Source: Patellaria atrata CBS 101060 (taxonomy: Eukaryota). From it: 64,000 nt of DNA. Shown in pieces: positions 51,266 through 64,000 of the stretch. The position numbers were made by a program, and so were the translations under genes. The DNA lies in contig MU006113.1 of NCBI GenBank assembly GCA_010093705.1, positions 243,165 through 307,164 of the forward strand. The letters are read 5' to 3'. Each line of letters opens with the position of its first letter. Within the stretch, counting starts at the first letter, position 1. Below the pieces are notes generated by a model. That model was given only the letters and a program-made list of their open reading frames with translations. It was not told the DNA's origin and searched no databases.

Positions 51266-54200
51266 AATTCTTCGGTGATGATGAAGAGAGATGAAGTTCA
51301 ATATGTAGCTAATCTGTATGGTCCTGCAGTTAGCATCCGCCAACAGCAAAGCAGAACTTGTCGAGATGAGTAAGTGAAATTTGAAACGTGCTCTCGAAGA
51401 TACGGTAGTGTTATAAAATAGTGGATTCTTTGTTTCCACGCATGGCATCACTTTTCAACCCCACATCGCGTTCCTGACTGGACCAAGATAAAGAAGGAAT
51501 GGTTGGGAAACTGCGAACGTACCACGGATTGACCTCTACCTTAGACTCCACCTTGACGTTCTGGTAACTATCAAGTACACCTCAACAATAAGACAAACCA
51601 AAAAGATAAAAACTGGTCCGATGGATCTGGGAGAATACCACTTTTGAACTGAGGAGGTAATGAGTGGGACTGAATATATATATATATCTATTCTGGAGGA
51701 TTATTGTACGGCTCGGCGATGAATCCACCCCGGTATGCAGCCACGATGGGTCTATATCACAACGTAGTAATGATATTCTTGCCCACCTACAGGTACTGTG
51801 TGTAGCCTTGTGGTTTTCGAGTACCAGCGGGTGCAAGCAACTCTCACCTCCCCCCCTGAGCGGGAAGAGAAGTAGATATGTACCAAGATGGAGTAGAAAC
51901 TGGGAGATACACACGGCGACCTCGAACTCGTGAGGCCGCTTCACTCTCGGAAGACTGCAACGGCCCGCAGGTAGGCGGGCAATGATCGAAGTTTGGGGCT
52001 GAGAGGGTTGCTATGTGGCATCCGCTAGGAGCGTAAAAGATCCTGTCTGCTCGTTTGACAGGTGGCCATGCTGGATTTAGTAGTATAATTTCTCCGATTA
52101 ACAGAAGCTTACGCACGAGCTGCCGTATAGTGTACGGAATTCAAAAGCCTCTGGCTGACCACAGAGAGGAAAGAGACCGGCATTGCTGCAGTCAAGTGCG
52201 GTTTCGAAACATTACTCAACGCACCTCAGTCACTGGGGGTGTCGATCACGGCATTTCCAACTCTGACTCGTCGAGAGATTTGATGAGAACATCACGAGTC
52301 CAGGATTTGCAAATCGGTTCGTCCTTCCTCCATTACGTTTTCTGTTGGCTATTGTCCAATAGAGTGTCCATACGTACCGGCCACCGCGGATATGTAAACC
52401 AGGAATCTTACCTTCCTTTTTCATACACGATAACGCTCCTCATCCGGCGGCGCGTGTCTGCGATCGAGGGGTCGGAGGACGAACAGGAGATGCCAGGTTC
52501 GCGCGCTCTAAATTGTTGTGGCGGTCAGCCGGCTTCACACCAACATTGAGCCTGTGGCCCTGCAGAACATGTACAGACCATATTGTACAGACTGTACAGT
52601 ACTCTACATAGTATTGCCCTTGGACTGGCTCGAAACCTATATTGACGCTACACGTCCCGGAATTCGGGGACAATTATAAGATCACCCACGGTGTCGTCAC
52701 CGTCATTCCCGACAGCACGAGTGCACGACAGACAGGAAACCTTGTTTCAGGAGTGATCTAAGGTCTGGAGCATAGGGAAAACTGGTTGCACGACGTCTCC
52801 ATTTCGCAAACTGCTTCTAATAGAGAGCTTCATACTGGAGGGTGGTTCACCAATTGCAAGGTTTACACGGACAAGGTCTATGATAGACTTACATACCTAA
52901 GTTGCTCAAATTACTCCTTACTGCTGCTAATCACCACTCACCAGCCCGTGAGAGCATAAGGTAGTCAAAGTACTGCTATGCCAGCCTCCCGGCTAAAAAG
53001 AATAACATGGAGAATACTGATTGATATCCTGTATTTCTAGGCGTGAAAACTGGATGCCGATGGTCGATAGGATCTAAATTTGACGTCCGCTAAACACGAG
53101 GCTGATAGTGACGGGATCGCCTTGTAAGCTTCGCAGGGCACTTTCCACCACAACCAGGCGTACGGCATCGGCAGAAAAGGTTGTTGTCGGTTAGGATCAG
53201 ATACGGATGTGGGATGAGGTCGTACGGAAGAAGATAGGGTCAAAGCGCATTAGCTCCTCTCCATACGGATGATCGACATATAATGAGATTTATTAATTGG
53301 ACGGGATGTGTTCAACAAGATCAAATCGTGCGGGAAAAAAAGCCTTCTGTGCTGCAGAGAACTATAATTTGCCTCGACCATGATTCGTAGAGTTACTGGG
53401 TCATAGTGAATAATGACAGCTGGAGGCGTAAACACTGGACGGTAAGATAGATTGCCGTGTCGTCCGAGAGCTTGGCAGTCTGAGCTTTCAGGTTCTATTT
53501 TCTGAACATGTCGGGTTGCAGAACGCAACAATAACAATGTGGGAATCGATCTCCACAGTAAATAGTGTGATACAGAGCCCGTTGTCAGCTTCGTTGGTAC
53601 AGCACAGTACACCTTTTCTCCTATTCACAGAAGCGCCGAGAAACGGCACAACATACATTCATATGACTACGGTATGGCTACGAACGAGAAGGTACTGTAC
53701 TGGTTATGTGGAAGCAGGGGGGGGGGTTTTCATGCGCTGGGGATGGATTTGCAAACGACTTGCAGAATGTGGGTTTGGAGTAATTGAGTAAACCTCCACG
53801 ACATCGTTGGTGTGCTCAGCGATTGGCGCAAGGATGGGGCCTGACAGCAGAATTTGTAAGGGTTATCCCCACCCATTTGATCGGAGATCTGCAACTTGGC
53901 ACCTCCTGTGAAATCGTGGAGGCTTTTTTTTCGAATCTCTAAAGTCCTAAATTCCGGACATCTGTCAAAAGCAATAACACAATTAGCACCGTAGTAGCTC
54001 AGCTACAGACATCTTTTTTGTTTGTCTACTTATCCATCTAGTAGAGTAGAATATCCGTACGGACCTTGGCTTCCCCCTTTCTCCTGGACAAGTAGCCGAC
54101 GTCCATATAAGAAAGATCAGGAAAGTAAGTGCCGCAGTTAGGCCCCGTCCCCTAACCTACCCCCTGATGAAGGAACTTAAAGGAAGCAACCTTTCGGTAG

Positions 54201-57200
54201 AGATTCCGAACACGTCAAGCTGCTGACTGGAGTGAGGGTAGAGCGTGTACCGGTTGGTGCACGGGTACTGTATGGCGCTGCAGATGGGTAGTTAAGGTAC
54301 TATGTGCGGGACCAATCATCACTAGGGCGAGCCTCTCCGGACGACCAGTCCTTGTTGCTACCAGGAACCTCGCATATGTTTCCGCGTACTTGCAGCTTTC
54401 TTTTCTTTTCTTTGTCGCTTCTTTAGACGAAAATGCCAATATCAGATCAGGCAACATCCATCCTGCACAGATTAGCGACAAATCGACAAACACGTCATGT
54501 CAAGTTGAGTTGTCAGTTAGGTTGTGTCCAAAAGGGATATCTTGCTCTTATTGTTTAGTCGAGAGTAGTAGGCCCAGCCTTGAAAGAGGTTAAGATAAGC
54601 TAAATTGGGCGTTGGTCCCTGAGGTTAGTGTCGGAATCCGTTGGACCATCAAGTCATACTACCCTATCATACTAAAATTCGACATCTTCGTCTGGTCGAT
54701 GGTCATTTCACTTCCCTCGATCGAGTCAGTACGCGTGACTGTTCAGGTCCTTTTCAGGTCCAAAGTGCTCAACAATAATAATGTACAGGACCAACCCATG
54801 GTCATGTTCACAAGGATGCCCTGTATGCAACTGTAGCCAAGTAGGATGCATTTCTTCAACCATTTGGTTCGAGCAGCACGGCTCCAATCCAATTACCTGG
54901 ACAAGTATAGTAGCAGGAATGTTGTGGACCATCACGAGAGTAGACATCATGTAACTTCTGTATGCAACAAGCTGAATCCAGCAACGGAGTGCATACTGGG
55001 AAAAAGTAAGGCGATCGAATTGCACAATCGTGTAGTATCTTCGAGAGTATATCCACTGAGGCACACCGCAACAAAGTTCGAGCTCGAGCGTAAACCCGGG
55101 AACAATGGCAATCGTTGCGCAAGAGTACCGGTAAGAGATGCTGGTCGTGCCACACTGACTTGAAGAAACGCGAGTACAGCATGACAACAGTAAAATGACG
55201 GCCTCGTCAGAGACATATCGTTACATTTGCTTATATTTTGACGAAGCAATGGCATTTCCGCCAATCGCTGCTACGCTCAGAAGTTGGCATCTTCGAGATA
55301 CAAGGCATTACCAGCGTCCAGGATTTCGGTGAGGGAGTACATCAGTACACTCGGAAGAGATTCAGAGCCACAGCAGTGTAGACACCCGGACACCAGGAGA
55401 TCCGTTAAGGTGAAGACTTCAGTGAAATGATGCGGCATGCCGCACGTCGCTCCGGTGGTGAGGTAGTACTTTTTACGCCACACTGGCCTAGAAGAGATAA
55501 CGGGAGACGAATTACTCCAAGGTTGAAGGTTCATCCTTTAGTTACCTAGTTACAGTAGTAGAATATGCTGTGAAGATTGTAAAGTTGATGATGAGGGATT
55601 CGCAGTTGAAGATTTTAGTTCTAGTTCAAAATCTCAAAATTCAAAGTAGTGCGGAACAAAATGAAGGATCGACATGATCGACATGGATTCAGCTAGACTA
55701 GAAATTAGATCTGGACAGTTCCGCCCGCTCGAACAAGCCTCGACTTCATCACACATCCAACTTAACTTCTGCAAGCAGATGCAAGCAAGGCTACATCAGA
55801 GCACATGGTCCGCACCATTTGAAATGATCATAACGGTTTTTGCCCGCTTGGCAATCCATACCTGCTGGATTTATCCAATTGACCTGAAGGAACAGCGTCC
55901 GACTGGCCTGTTCCTGAGATAGGAATCTAACCTTAGACCATACAATCACTCAACTGGTTGCCTGCAAATGCAGTATAGCACACATCTTTCCTACTTTTAG
56001 CGCATTTCCACGAAGGGTGTCCTGAAAATCACCGAGTCTAGGTAGCAGGGCGCAGCAAAGTTGGCAAACTCTATGCTATTTACTGAAGCTGATGCCGCGC
56101 CTGTATGGAGGATTTTCTGCCTACTTAATCCCATCTTCGGATTCAAATGCGGAAAAGCATCGAGCATTGAAATTCTCACCAGGATCTTATCAGTAGGAAC
56201 AAAACGCTTAGAGCAATTTAAGGTCTAGTATATTGATAACCGAATACCTTTAGGCTCCTCTAATTCAACTTTGCTTATCAACGAGCTCCCTTGTCTACAC
56301 CAGCGTCAACTTCTTACAGCACGGATAGTCGACAGACCCATGGTCTCCTCGATCCCCGGTTCTAGACACTTACTATCTTACTAAAAAGACGCATGGAATG
56401 TACAAGGGAGCGTATTGGTTGATCGACACTCATTGAATATCACGTCGTTGGGATATTTGAAGCATACTTTCCCTCTAGTACGTACTCATCAAATTCCTCA
56501 CTCTTTTAGGAATCTCAAAGGATCAGTATGTAAACGGAAATACGTTCCTACTAATTTCACCATTCGGAGAAAGCTAGTTCTAGTGGAAACCAGAGACGGA
56601 AAACATGGTACTCTTGGGTCTAGGACCACAAGACGTAGTCCAAAACTATTATTCTCAGTCGATCAATGCCGCGGAAAAGTCATTTCTGCATATTTTGGGA
56701 GATGTCTATAAGACATCCACGATTAGTATGTCACTTGATGTTTGGGGTTCTCCCGTTTGGTACCCTTGATAGCTCCGGCTGGACCCTTATGTACGTCCGA
56801 GCTGCGCATGGTTGATGTCAACTTCAAAGTCTAAGTCACGGGAAATCACAGCTCCGCCGTTGTTATACTACACTTTTTACACATACCCAGCCCCTGACTT
56901 TCCGCTGGCGTCATCATAGTCACATTTCACTAAGGTACCGTGGTAATGCTAGGCCCAAGCACCTACCTCATGTATGTTCTCCACACACACAACTCTCATG
57001 AGCTCGTGGTTCGACCCGACCCGAGCCTCTAAACAGTCTCAAGTCTCAACGGTCATGCTTATGATCGTGTGATGACGCATAAGACTGTCTAGGCGGATTA
57101 GTCGAAAACACTCCTGTTCCGCGACTCTGGACTGGCTACAGATTCATATACGTTACTACTCGTACTGTCATATCTGAGCTTATTTTGTCATCTCCTTAGA

Positions 57201-57725
57201 TCCTACCAGATGGCGGAGTATATGGGTCCTACGTAAAGGAATTATGCCGTTTGAAAAGATCAGTAGTCGTCATGAAGACCCCTGTGTAGTGCTTTCACTG
57301 GATAGGAGAACAGGAAATATGTCCTAGAATCTCCTGATATTGTCTGTCACCACTGTTCGACATCCATATAGGCCTACTTTCCCCGCCCACTTCAGGATAC
57401 ATGAAAAATACCGTCATTGTGTGTTTCTCATGACGACTCAAAATTCCGGTTCGGATATATATACCTCAACAATTTTCAGCACTCTACCATGGTTTGTAAA
57501 CCTCAAAATCTTGTAATTAAGGCCTAACTCCAGGTGGGAAATCAGGTATTGAGCACCGTAACTGAAACATCAAGAGAACAGCGATGGAAAAGGTATCTTG
57601 CGCCACGCGCCATAACGTCATTACAATGCTCATCCTGCCATCACGGTTGCGTACGCCGATATACTCCTCATCAAAGACGCGCCGGCCACATAGCCCCACC
57701 CAGGTGTTTATACACGCGATGGCGA

Positions 57726-60700
57726 CTAATCCGTCCTGGTCCCCGAAAATACGCTCGAAAGCCTCTCTAAATCCGGACTGTCCGCGCTAACAAAACTATC
57801 GTCCCTTTGGATGCTAGCACCCGTCCGAGAGCGCCGCAAAAATTGGTTACTGCTTTGCGATTCGACAAATTCTTCAACAAGATTACAAAAGTCTCGACGG
57901 GTTCGAGAGTCATGAAATGTAAGTGAAAAGTCTAACGTCTCACCTTTGTCGCCGTGAGATGGGCGCGAGGCGTGACGGGCCTCCCGGGCCTCCTTACTTG
58001 TCGGTACAGGTTCAGTTGCGGACATACGGGTAATGTCCAAGAGGTTTCCGCGAGCTATGTGCACAAGTTTGATGACTGCATCGGCACTACCAGTAGTCGA
58101 GATTGAATTTTCCTTCGGAACTGTTCACAGATTTAGTACACCTTGAAGGGAAAATACATGGTATATCATGGAAGGGATATCTAGAGGAAAGGGGACTCAC
58201 AAGCCCCCGTCAGCCACCTTTTGGATTTCGGACCCTCATCTTTTAACCGTAAGGTGATTTGACCTAAACGTCTCCCTTCCACTAATTTCTCCCAGAACAA
58301 TACTTCAGCTGCACCGAGTTTCGTGTCTCTCGACAACTTCCTGGGAATCTTGGCACTTTTGGCACCAGAATAGAAAAGAAGCTTCCATCCAGTCAAGCCA
58401 TGAAGTAATTCGACGAGCTCTAAAGCATCATTAGAAATGTCCGTATAAAAATGTAGGACTGTTTAAAGCAAACCCTTGGGCGGCTCAGTAACTGTATTGC
58501 TCCAGAACTGCACCGGGAAATTGACTACAGCAGTGCTCTCAATAAGGACGATATCCTCACAGATTGCCCTCATTTCTTCTTCGAGAACGGCACGATCCCG
58601 CGCATCCGATATGTAATTAGGTGATTTCAAATTCCCTATTCTCAGCTGAAGATGATAATTCGAGCCCCTATTTTGCTGATTGAAGCCGAAATCATCCACA
58701 TCGCGGAACTCGAAATCTAGGTCGCGCCAGGCGAGATATAACTTCGAGCAATACTCACTATCAGCTAGGGTTTCTCTCAAGGTTAAGGCTCGATGAATAA
58801 GTATTATGTGATTATTTTTGGTTTTCTGACAAATTTTGTACGTCTGTGCTTGCTGCTTGTTCGAGATTTGAACAAATTCTCCTCGTTTGGTGGTATAAGT
58901 ATCGGCGGTCAGATCCCTAAGCCGCTCTAAGAAGATTGTTGCGTCTGAGACATTGACGAACTGCAAAGTAACTTGATTGTTATGGTTTCGAGGGTCATAT
59001 ATACGATCGTATCGCATCCCGTAGTCGCCAGAGCGTCTAATTATTGTCAGTATCCCTCTCCCCATCGCGATTTGGCATCCATCATCTACTGCACGCTTGA
59101 TTTAAACGTGGACTAGGACTCTGATATACAAAATTTCGAATATGCATTGATTTCCTCAACCGTACGTATAAGCTGATCGTAAGAAACATCGAGGCCGTTG
59201 ATTACTGCGGGAACAACAGTACACCAGTGACTGTTAAACAAGCGTAGAGAGTCTGAGTAATGCTAGTCGCGACGGGGGAGGCGGTATGATCCAAACAGAG
59301 CGCAAAAGGTGACTTACCTTGACCGGAGATGATTACAATCGGACCAGCTAACGGTGACACTCGAGTCGTCTACACGTAGTTGCACATCTGCAAGCGGTAG
59401 CCACATGGATATATGGTCGGAATTTGATGATTTTTTATCAGATTGCCCAAGTACAAGTCTTCTCGTGGCCTTCCACACTTCTGGTTGAGATGTCTCAAAG
59501 ATTTGTATATTTGGTCTGCATGGCTCGGCAATAGCGCTGCGGCCGGCGGTATGACAATTCTTATCGATGCTAAACGATGATAATGGTGCAGTGAAAATAC
59601 AATCCTCACCACGTCTAGGGTCATTAGAGGACCTCGAGGAGAGGAGTGTACTTTCATCCTCAATGTACGACGATAATGGCCTTGCACTACGAGGTCCAAC
59701 TGAACTACTTGAGTTTCGGCTTTCAGTATGGTTAGTTGTAATATCTAACGACGGTTTATGAAAATGGGACTGAATGCTATCGTCGACACTACTATCTGAG
59801 CGAATGCTCGGACGACCACGGTGATCAGAGCTCCGTCTTGATGAGGGCTGTAAAGAGTAAGATTGTGCACATTTCTACATCAACCGATTTCACTTACAGC
59901 CCGAGGTACTTCGAGTGCCTTGGTAGTTTTTGAAAGAAACTGAGCCGCGAAAGGTGGGATCGGAGAAGATATAACACTATCCATGCAGCAGGATGCAATG
60001 AACCCTTCCCCGGTCTGCACTTCTTTACGGTGATTTTCAATCATTTCCACTATATCTTTGGCACGTTTTCTATTCTGAGGATTCTCCTGGACCTAGATTC
60101 TGTCAACAGAGCTTCAGGAAGCTGATATTTAGCGAGTCACCCCATACCATTACTTCTATCCAGTCTAAAGGAACATCATCAGGAGTATCATTGCGTATTT
60201 CCCTCATATAACGTTTTATTCCATCTGGATTCGACCAAAATTCTTTGTTATACGTTCCAGTGGAAGCAAGAAACCGATCCATTTCATCGAGGGTCTTTTT
60301 TTTCAGCACGCTGATCATCTCAAGGAAAACGCATCCAAGGCTCCATATATCTGACAACTCGTTACGGCGCTCCTCGTTGATCACTTCTGGCGAGACATAT
60401 CTTTTAGTATAACGGCCCACAGGTCCAGAGGTCGTAGAATGATCCTCCTCAGACCAATCTCTAGCTAGCCCGAAGTCACACAAATACACAGTGCCTTCTC
60501 TAACTAAGATATTCCCGGGTTTTATGTCCTTGTGACGAATTTGATTCGCATGAAGGTAGGCTATAGCTGTGGCGAGACAGCCAAAAGCATTTCTCAAGCA
60601 TACAACCTCCTCCGGAGAGAGAGGATCGGGCTTCCGCAATAGGTACTTCATCTCGTAGTCAGCGACAGGCGACATGAGGAGTGCAAAACAACTCTTATCA

Positions 60701-61344
60701 GTGTAACTTCCTATACACGTGATCAAGTGTCTGTGCCGTATTCGCTTTAAAGCTTGTAACTCTTGTTGGAACTCAACTAGCCTTGTTCTTTGTTCACTAA
60801 TATTGTGGCCCCTCCATATTATTTTTCTCGCGAATATCTCACCTGACAGTCGATGTTGTACTCTGGCAACCCGGGCAGAGCCTCCTTCTCCAAGTTTTTC
60901 CAAATCCTCGAAATACACATCGCCATCACGTATGTGTCTATGCCATACTTTTGAGTTTTGAGAGAAGTTCGATGCCTTCATATATTGTGGGTCGGAGAGC
61001 ACGAACTGCTGAAGCTCCAGAAATCGTCGAGAAAGGTCTTCATCATTTCGAAGAGTAGAGGGTAGATAATGGTTCGTATAGGGGATTGTGACGTCTTCGA
61101 GTTTCTCATCTATAAACTCGGCGGCTACATCGTCGTCGATACCGCAGCCTAACATACGGAGAACTGCATACGTTCGTGGCCGTGTACTCCATGCTCGCGT
61201 CACTGGATGTTTGCTTAACTCGTAGCTGATCTCTAGAAAATTAGTGTCATCGATAATTCCAGCTGGTTGAGACGATGACGGTATGAAGGTTGATATGGTG
61301 AATTCGACTTCAGCCCGTGTCGTTGCGGGGGCTTCGGGCATCAT
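57726..61344 (-). CDS. Multi-exon Ser/Thr protein kinase (non-RD) with long uncharacterised C-terminal region
   Basis: Kinase motifs LGEGGSARV, FARK, HKDIKPGNILV, CDFG, YVSPE, DIWSLG. Donor after IEVM (~60147), then five further exons splice in frame through to the stop at 57726. Confidence 0.8.
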
Positions 61345-62545
61345 ATCTACAGCTTCTACGGACTCTAATTCGAGACCCGAGCACGAGATCGACCAACATG
61401 AGTGTATGTGTACCAGAAAATAAGCCCTTGGAAATCTTTGGAGTATATCGACAAACGCCCGTTAAAGAGTCTAAAGGACGTTGTCTAGCCTCGTCGCAAC
61501 GATAGAATTACAGACGTGTTGTAACATACAGTACGGGTAGAACTAACACATCAAAACAGGCTGTGAGGCTTGCATCACGCCTCGGGATTTCATTACGTCT
61601 GACACTACTAGCAAGTGAGGTGAGCAACGCCTCCTGTACGGTCACCGACAGTACAGTATTACCCCATCGCTTGGATGGCTAATAAGACGCCCGCGATGAT
61701 CGATTCTATCCCCGTAACTGCCGATCCGTAATGCCTATCAAGAAGATCTGTACCCGTTATTCAGTTGCCTAGATGTCACTGATGGCTCATCCAACCCGCC
61801 TATCCTCAAACTTTCGGTCACGGAAATGTGTAAGATATGGTGCGCAAACATGTCCACCAGGGATGAGCCTAGAGCTCTACATGATATCAGATACGAATCC
61901 ACGAAAACATATAATAAGATGTAGGACCTGACTGAATTCATGTTTGGGACTAAAGAGCATTACAGGTAGATATTTATCTACTTCGTATAAGAGAGACTAT
62001 AGCAGAGTTATATTTACTTTGTGGGGGGCGAAGCGGTTCGTTAGGGTCCCTTTTTGTGGTCCCAGGTTGGTGGCATAATTCTAGTGGGGTGCACCACAAA
62101 CTGTTCAATCATCGCAAAGAAATGGAAATGCTAACGCGCGTGTTCTGTAGAATACTGTTACGGAAAGGCTTGACTTCGTACTGCACTATCTATGTTTAAC
62201 CATCCTCTACGGTATGTTCAAGATTCAACGCGAACTCACCCTCATGAGGCTGTGTGCGAATCTAGGGCGGCCCGCCAGATGGTAGTTCCGTATCGCTATG
62301 AAGGGAGTGTTGCCGTATTAGCCTTCACGACTTCTCAAACTCGTGGCTGTGTTTGTCTCGCAAGGTTCCTTTTGGCCCCAAAGCGACTAGATGGCGATTC
62401 ATGTAGATCTACTCCGCTCTTCTTCTACGTATAACCTCTGTAGCGGCCTAATTATTCTTTTGCGATTTCCATCTCAACATCCTTCCAGGAAGACATTAGC
62501 TATCCCAATGTACTGGTAGACCCACCCTATACTGGATTGCGCAAT

Positions 62546-64000
62546 ATGGACGAGCTTCAACCGACAGAAGCACTTAGGGGCCGATCCGAGCCGGAGGCCG
62601 AGCCCGAGCCACAGTCTGTCAATCGGTTCATATCCGTACCGTTCGCTGATTGGGATTCCAACACCATGTCAACTGAGATAGAGATTTTCATTGAAGAGTC
62701 GGGTTTGAGTGATTATTCTGACTATATACGCCGTGGAGCATACCTTGCTCAGGACAAGAACGCGTTTCCTAGGAATCGACCTCGCCCTGACGGTCTGAAA
62801 CTTAGAGAGGACAAAGATGAACGCAAATACTTAGATTTAGAGTATAGTTCCAGGCCAATTGACAGGTTCAACCAACCATGGCGGCTCTATGCTCTTGTGG
62901 TATGTTGCTCGTTAGGTGCAGCTGTTCAAGGATGGTCAGTTTTAATTCTTCTGTTGCATGTTGTATCTGAACTTCACTTTCTCCCCTATTGCTTTACATA
63001 GCTCTGAATTATATTAAATTCTTGACTTGTCTGTTTTACACCAAATGCTGATCAAGTAATCTACAGGGATGAGACTGCCATCAACGGCGCTCAAATCTTC
63101 TACCAAAAGGCGTTAGGGATCGAGGGCAGGGTTGGACTAATTGGTTTGGTCAACAGCGCACCCTACCTCTGCTGTGCTATCTCTTGTTGGTACGAGATTC
63201 TTTTAGACAATAAAGAGTATTTACTTGACGGACTAATGCATGCTAAAGGCTAAATTACCCTCTAAACAAAGTACTTGGTCGACGCGGTGTCATCTTCCTC
63301 ACTTGCATTATCTCATCCGTTACTTGTCTTGGTCAAGCATTCCCTCGAACATGGTATCAACTCTTTATAGCAAGGCTTCTTTTAGGACTGGGTATTGGAC
63401 CCAAGAGGTACGTTGACTGCCCAATATCTCCAATTAAAGAAACGCTAATCATTGTAGTGCAACGATTCCGATCTATGCAGTAATGTTCTCCCTTATAACG
63501 TTTATGCATTAGACCTAACTGGTGAAGGCGGAATGTGCCCCAGCAAATATACGTGGAGCCCTCGTTATGATGTGGCAGATGTGGACAGCTTTCGGTTCGA
63601 TTGGTTCTGATCCTGATTATCGCTCCTCTCTAAGATTAACTCGTTGTAGGTCTAATGTGTGGATATATTTCCGGAGTAGTTCTTCGCAACGTCAACAGCG
63701 GGAATGAAGGGACCTGTGATCAAGATCGGAGCAGCCCTGATCATTTACTCAGCTCCTATTGTGTAAGTTTGCAATGAAACACCATGTCCTCAGGGGCTCG
63801 GCCCGTACTGTACTTGTATCGATGGCCTGCTCAAGCACTACTATATCGGGCTATATCACTGACTTATAATACTAGAGCTTGAATTGGCGGCTCATGCTCG
63901 CTTCGCCAGTAAGTAACCATTCACGGATTACTCTACTTCCGGCTGACAAAAGTCTCCAGATGGTCTTGCCCCTTTTCGTGGTAGCATATATATATACAAT
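62546..64000 (+). CDS. MFS sugar porter (sugar/myo-inositol transporter-like), 5' part; runs off the window end
   Basis: CSLGAAVQGW|DETAINGAQ, GLVNSAPYLCC, LGRRGVIF, ARLLLGLGIGPKS|ATIPIYA|AECAPANIRGALVMMWQMWTAFG, LNWRLMLASP. Many short introns. Confidence 0.88.

Noticed and set aside
51582..56711. Many 60-160 aa ORFs upstream of the homeobox gene
   Set aside because: They overlap on both strands, often start at non-ATG codons, and show no domain motifs or consistent splice structure.
57001..57030. tRNA T-loop-like GGTTCGACCC
   Set aside because: No T-stem pairing, acceptor stem or A-box was found around it.

Overview
Eukaryotic DNA from a filamentous ascomycete (Pezizomycotina; inferred from short GT..CTRAY..YAG introns and the protein families). 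Two conserved gene blocks flank an accessory-looking interval. The left block holds a partial Red1/zf-C3H1-like gene, type II myosin heavy chain and Ish1/Msc1. The right block holds an Rgf3/Tus1-type RhoGEF, a small hypothetical gene, a TRAPPC12-like gene, ILV2, KES1/OSH4, a TGL1-like lipase, PET191, a TALE homeobox factor, a multi-exon non-RD kinase and a partial sugar porter. The interval between them (~12.8-29.5 kb) contains a DIP5-like permease, a PTH11-like membrane protein, three frameshifted pseudogenes (F-box-like, HET, APH-kinase-like) and a 5'-truncated Tad1-like LINE with poly(A) and a 14-bp target-site duplication. The most unusual feature is a non-coding ~2.6 kb array at ~15.4-17.96 kb. 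It consists of about 16-18 degenerate ~120-160 bp units with a TTCGTCGAACGTCTAC box, usually followed by a palindrome of consensus TTACAGACCGGTCTGTAA, and it ends in two inverted copies that give a fold-back structure. All calls come from manual reading; no database searches were run.
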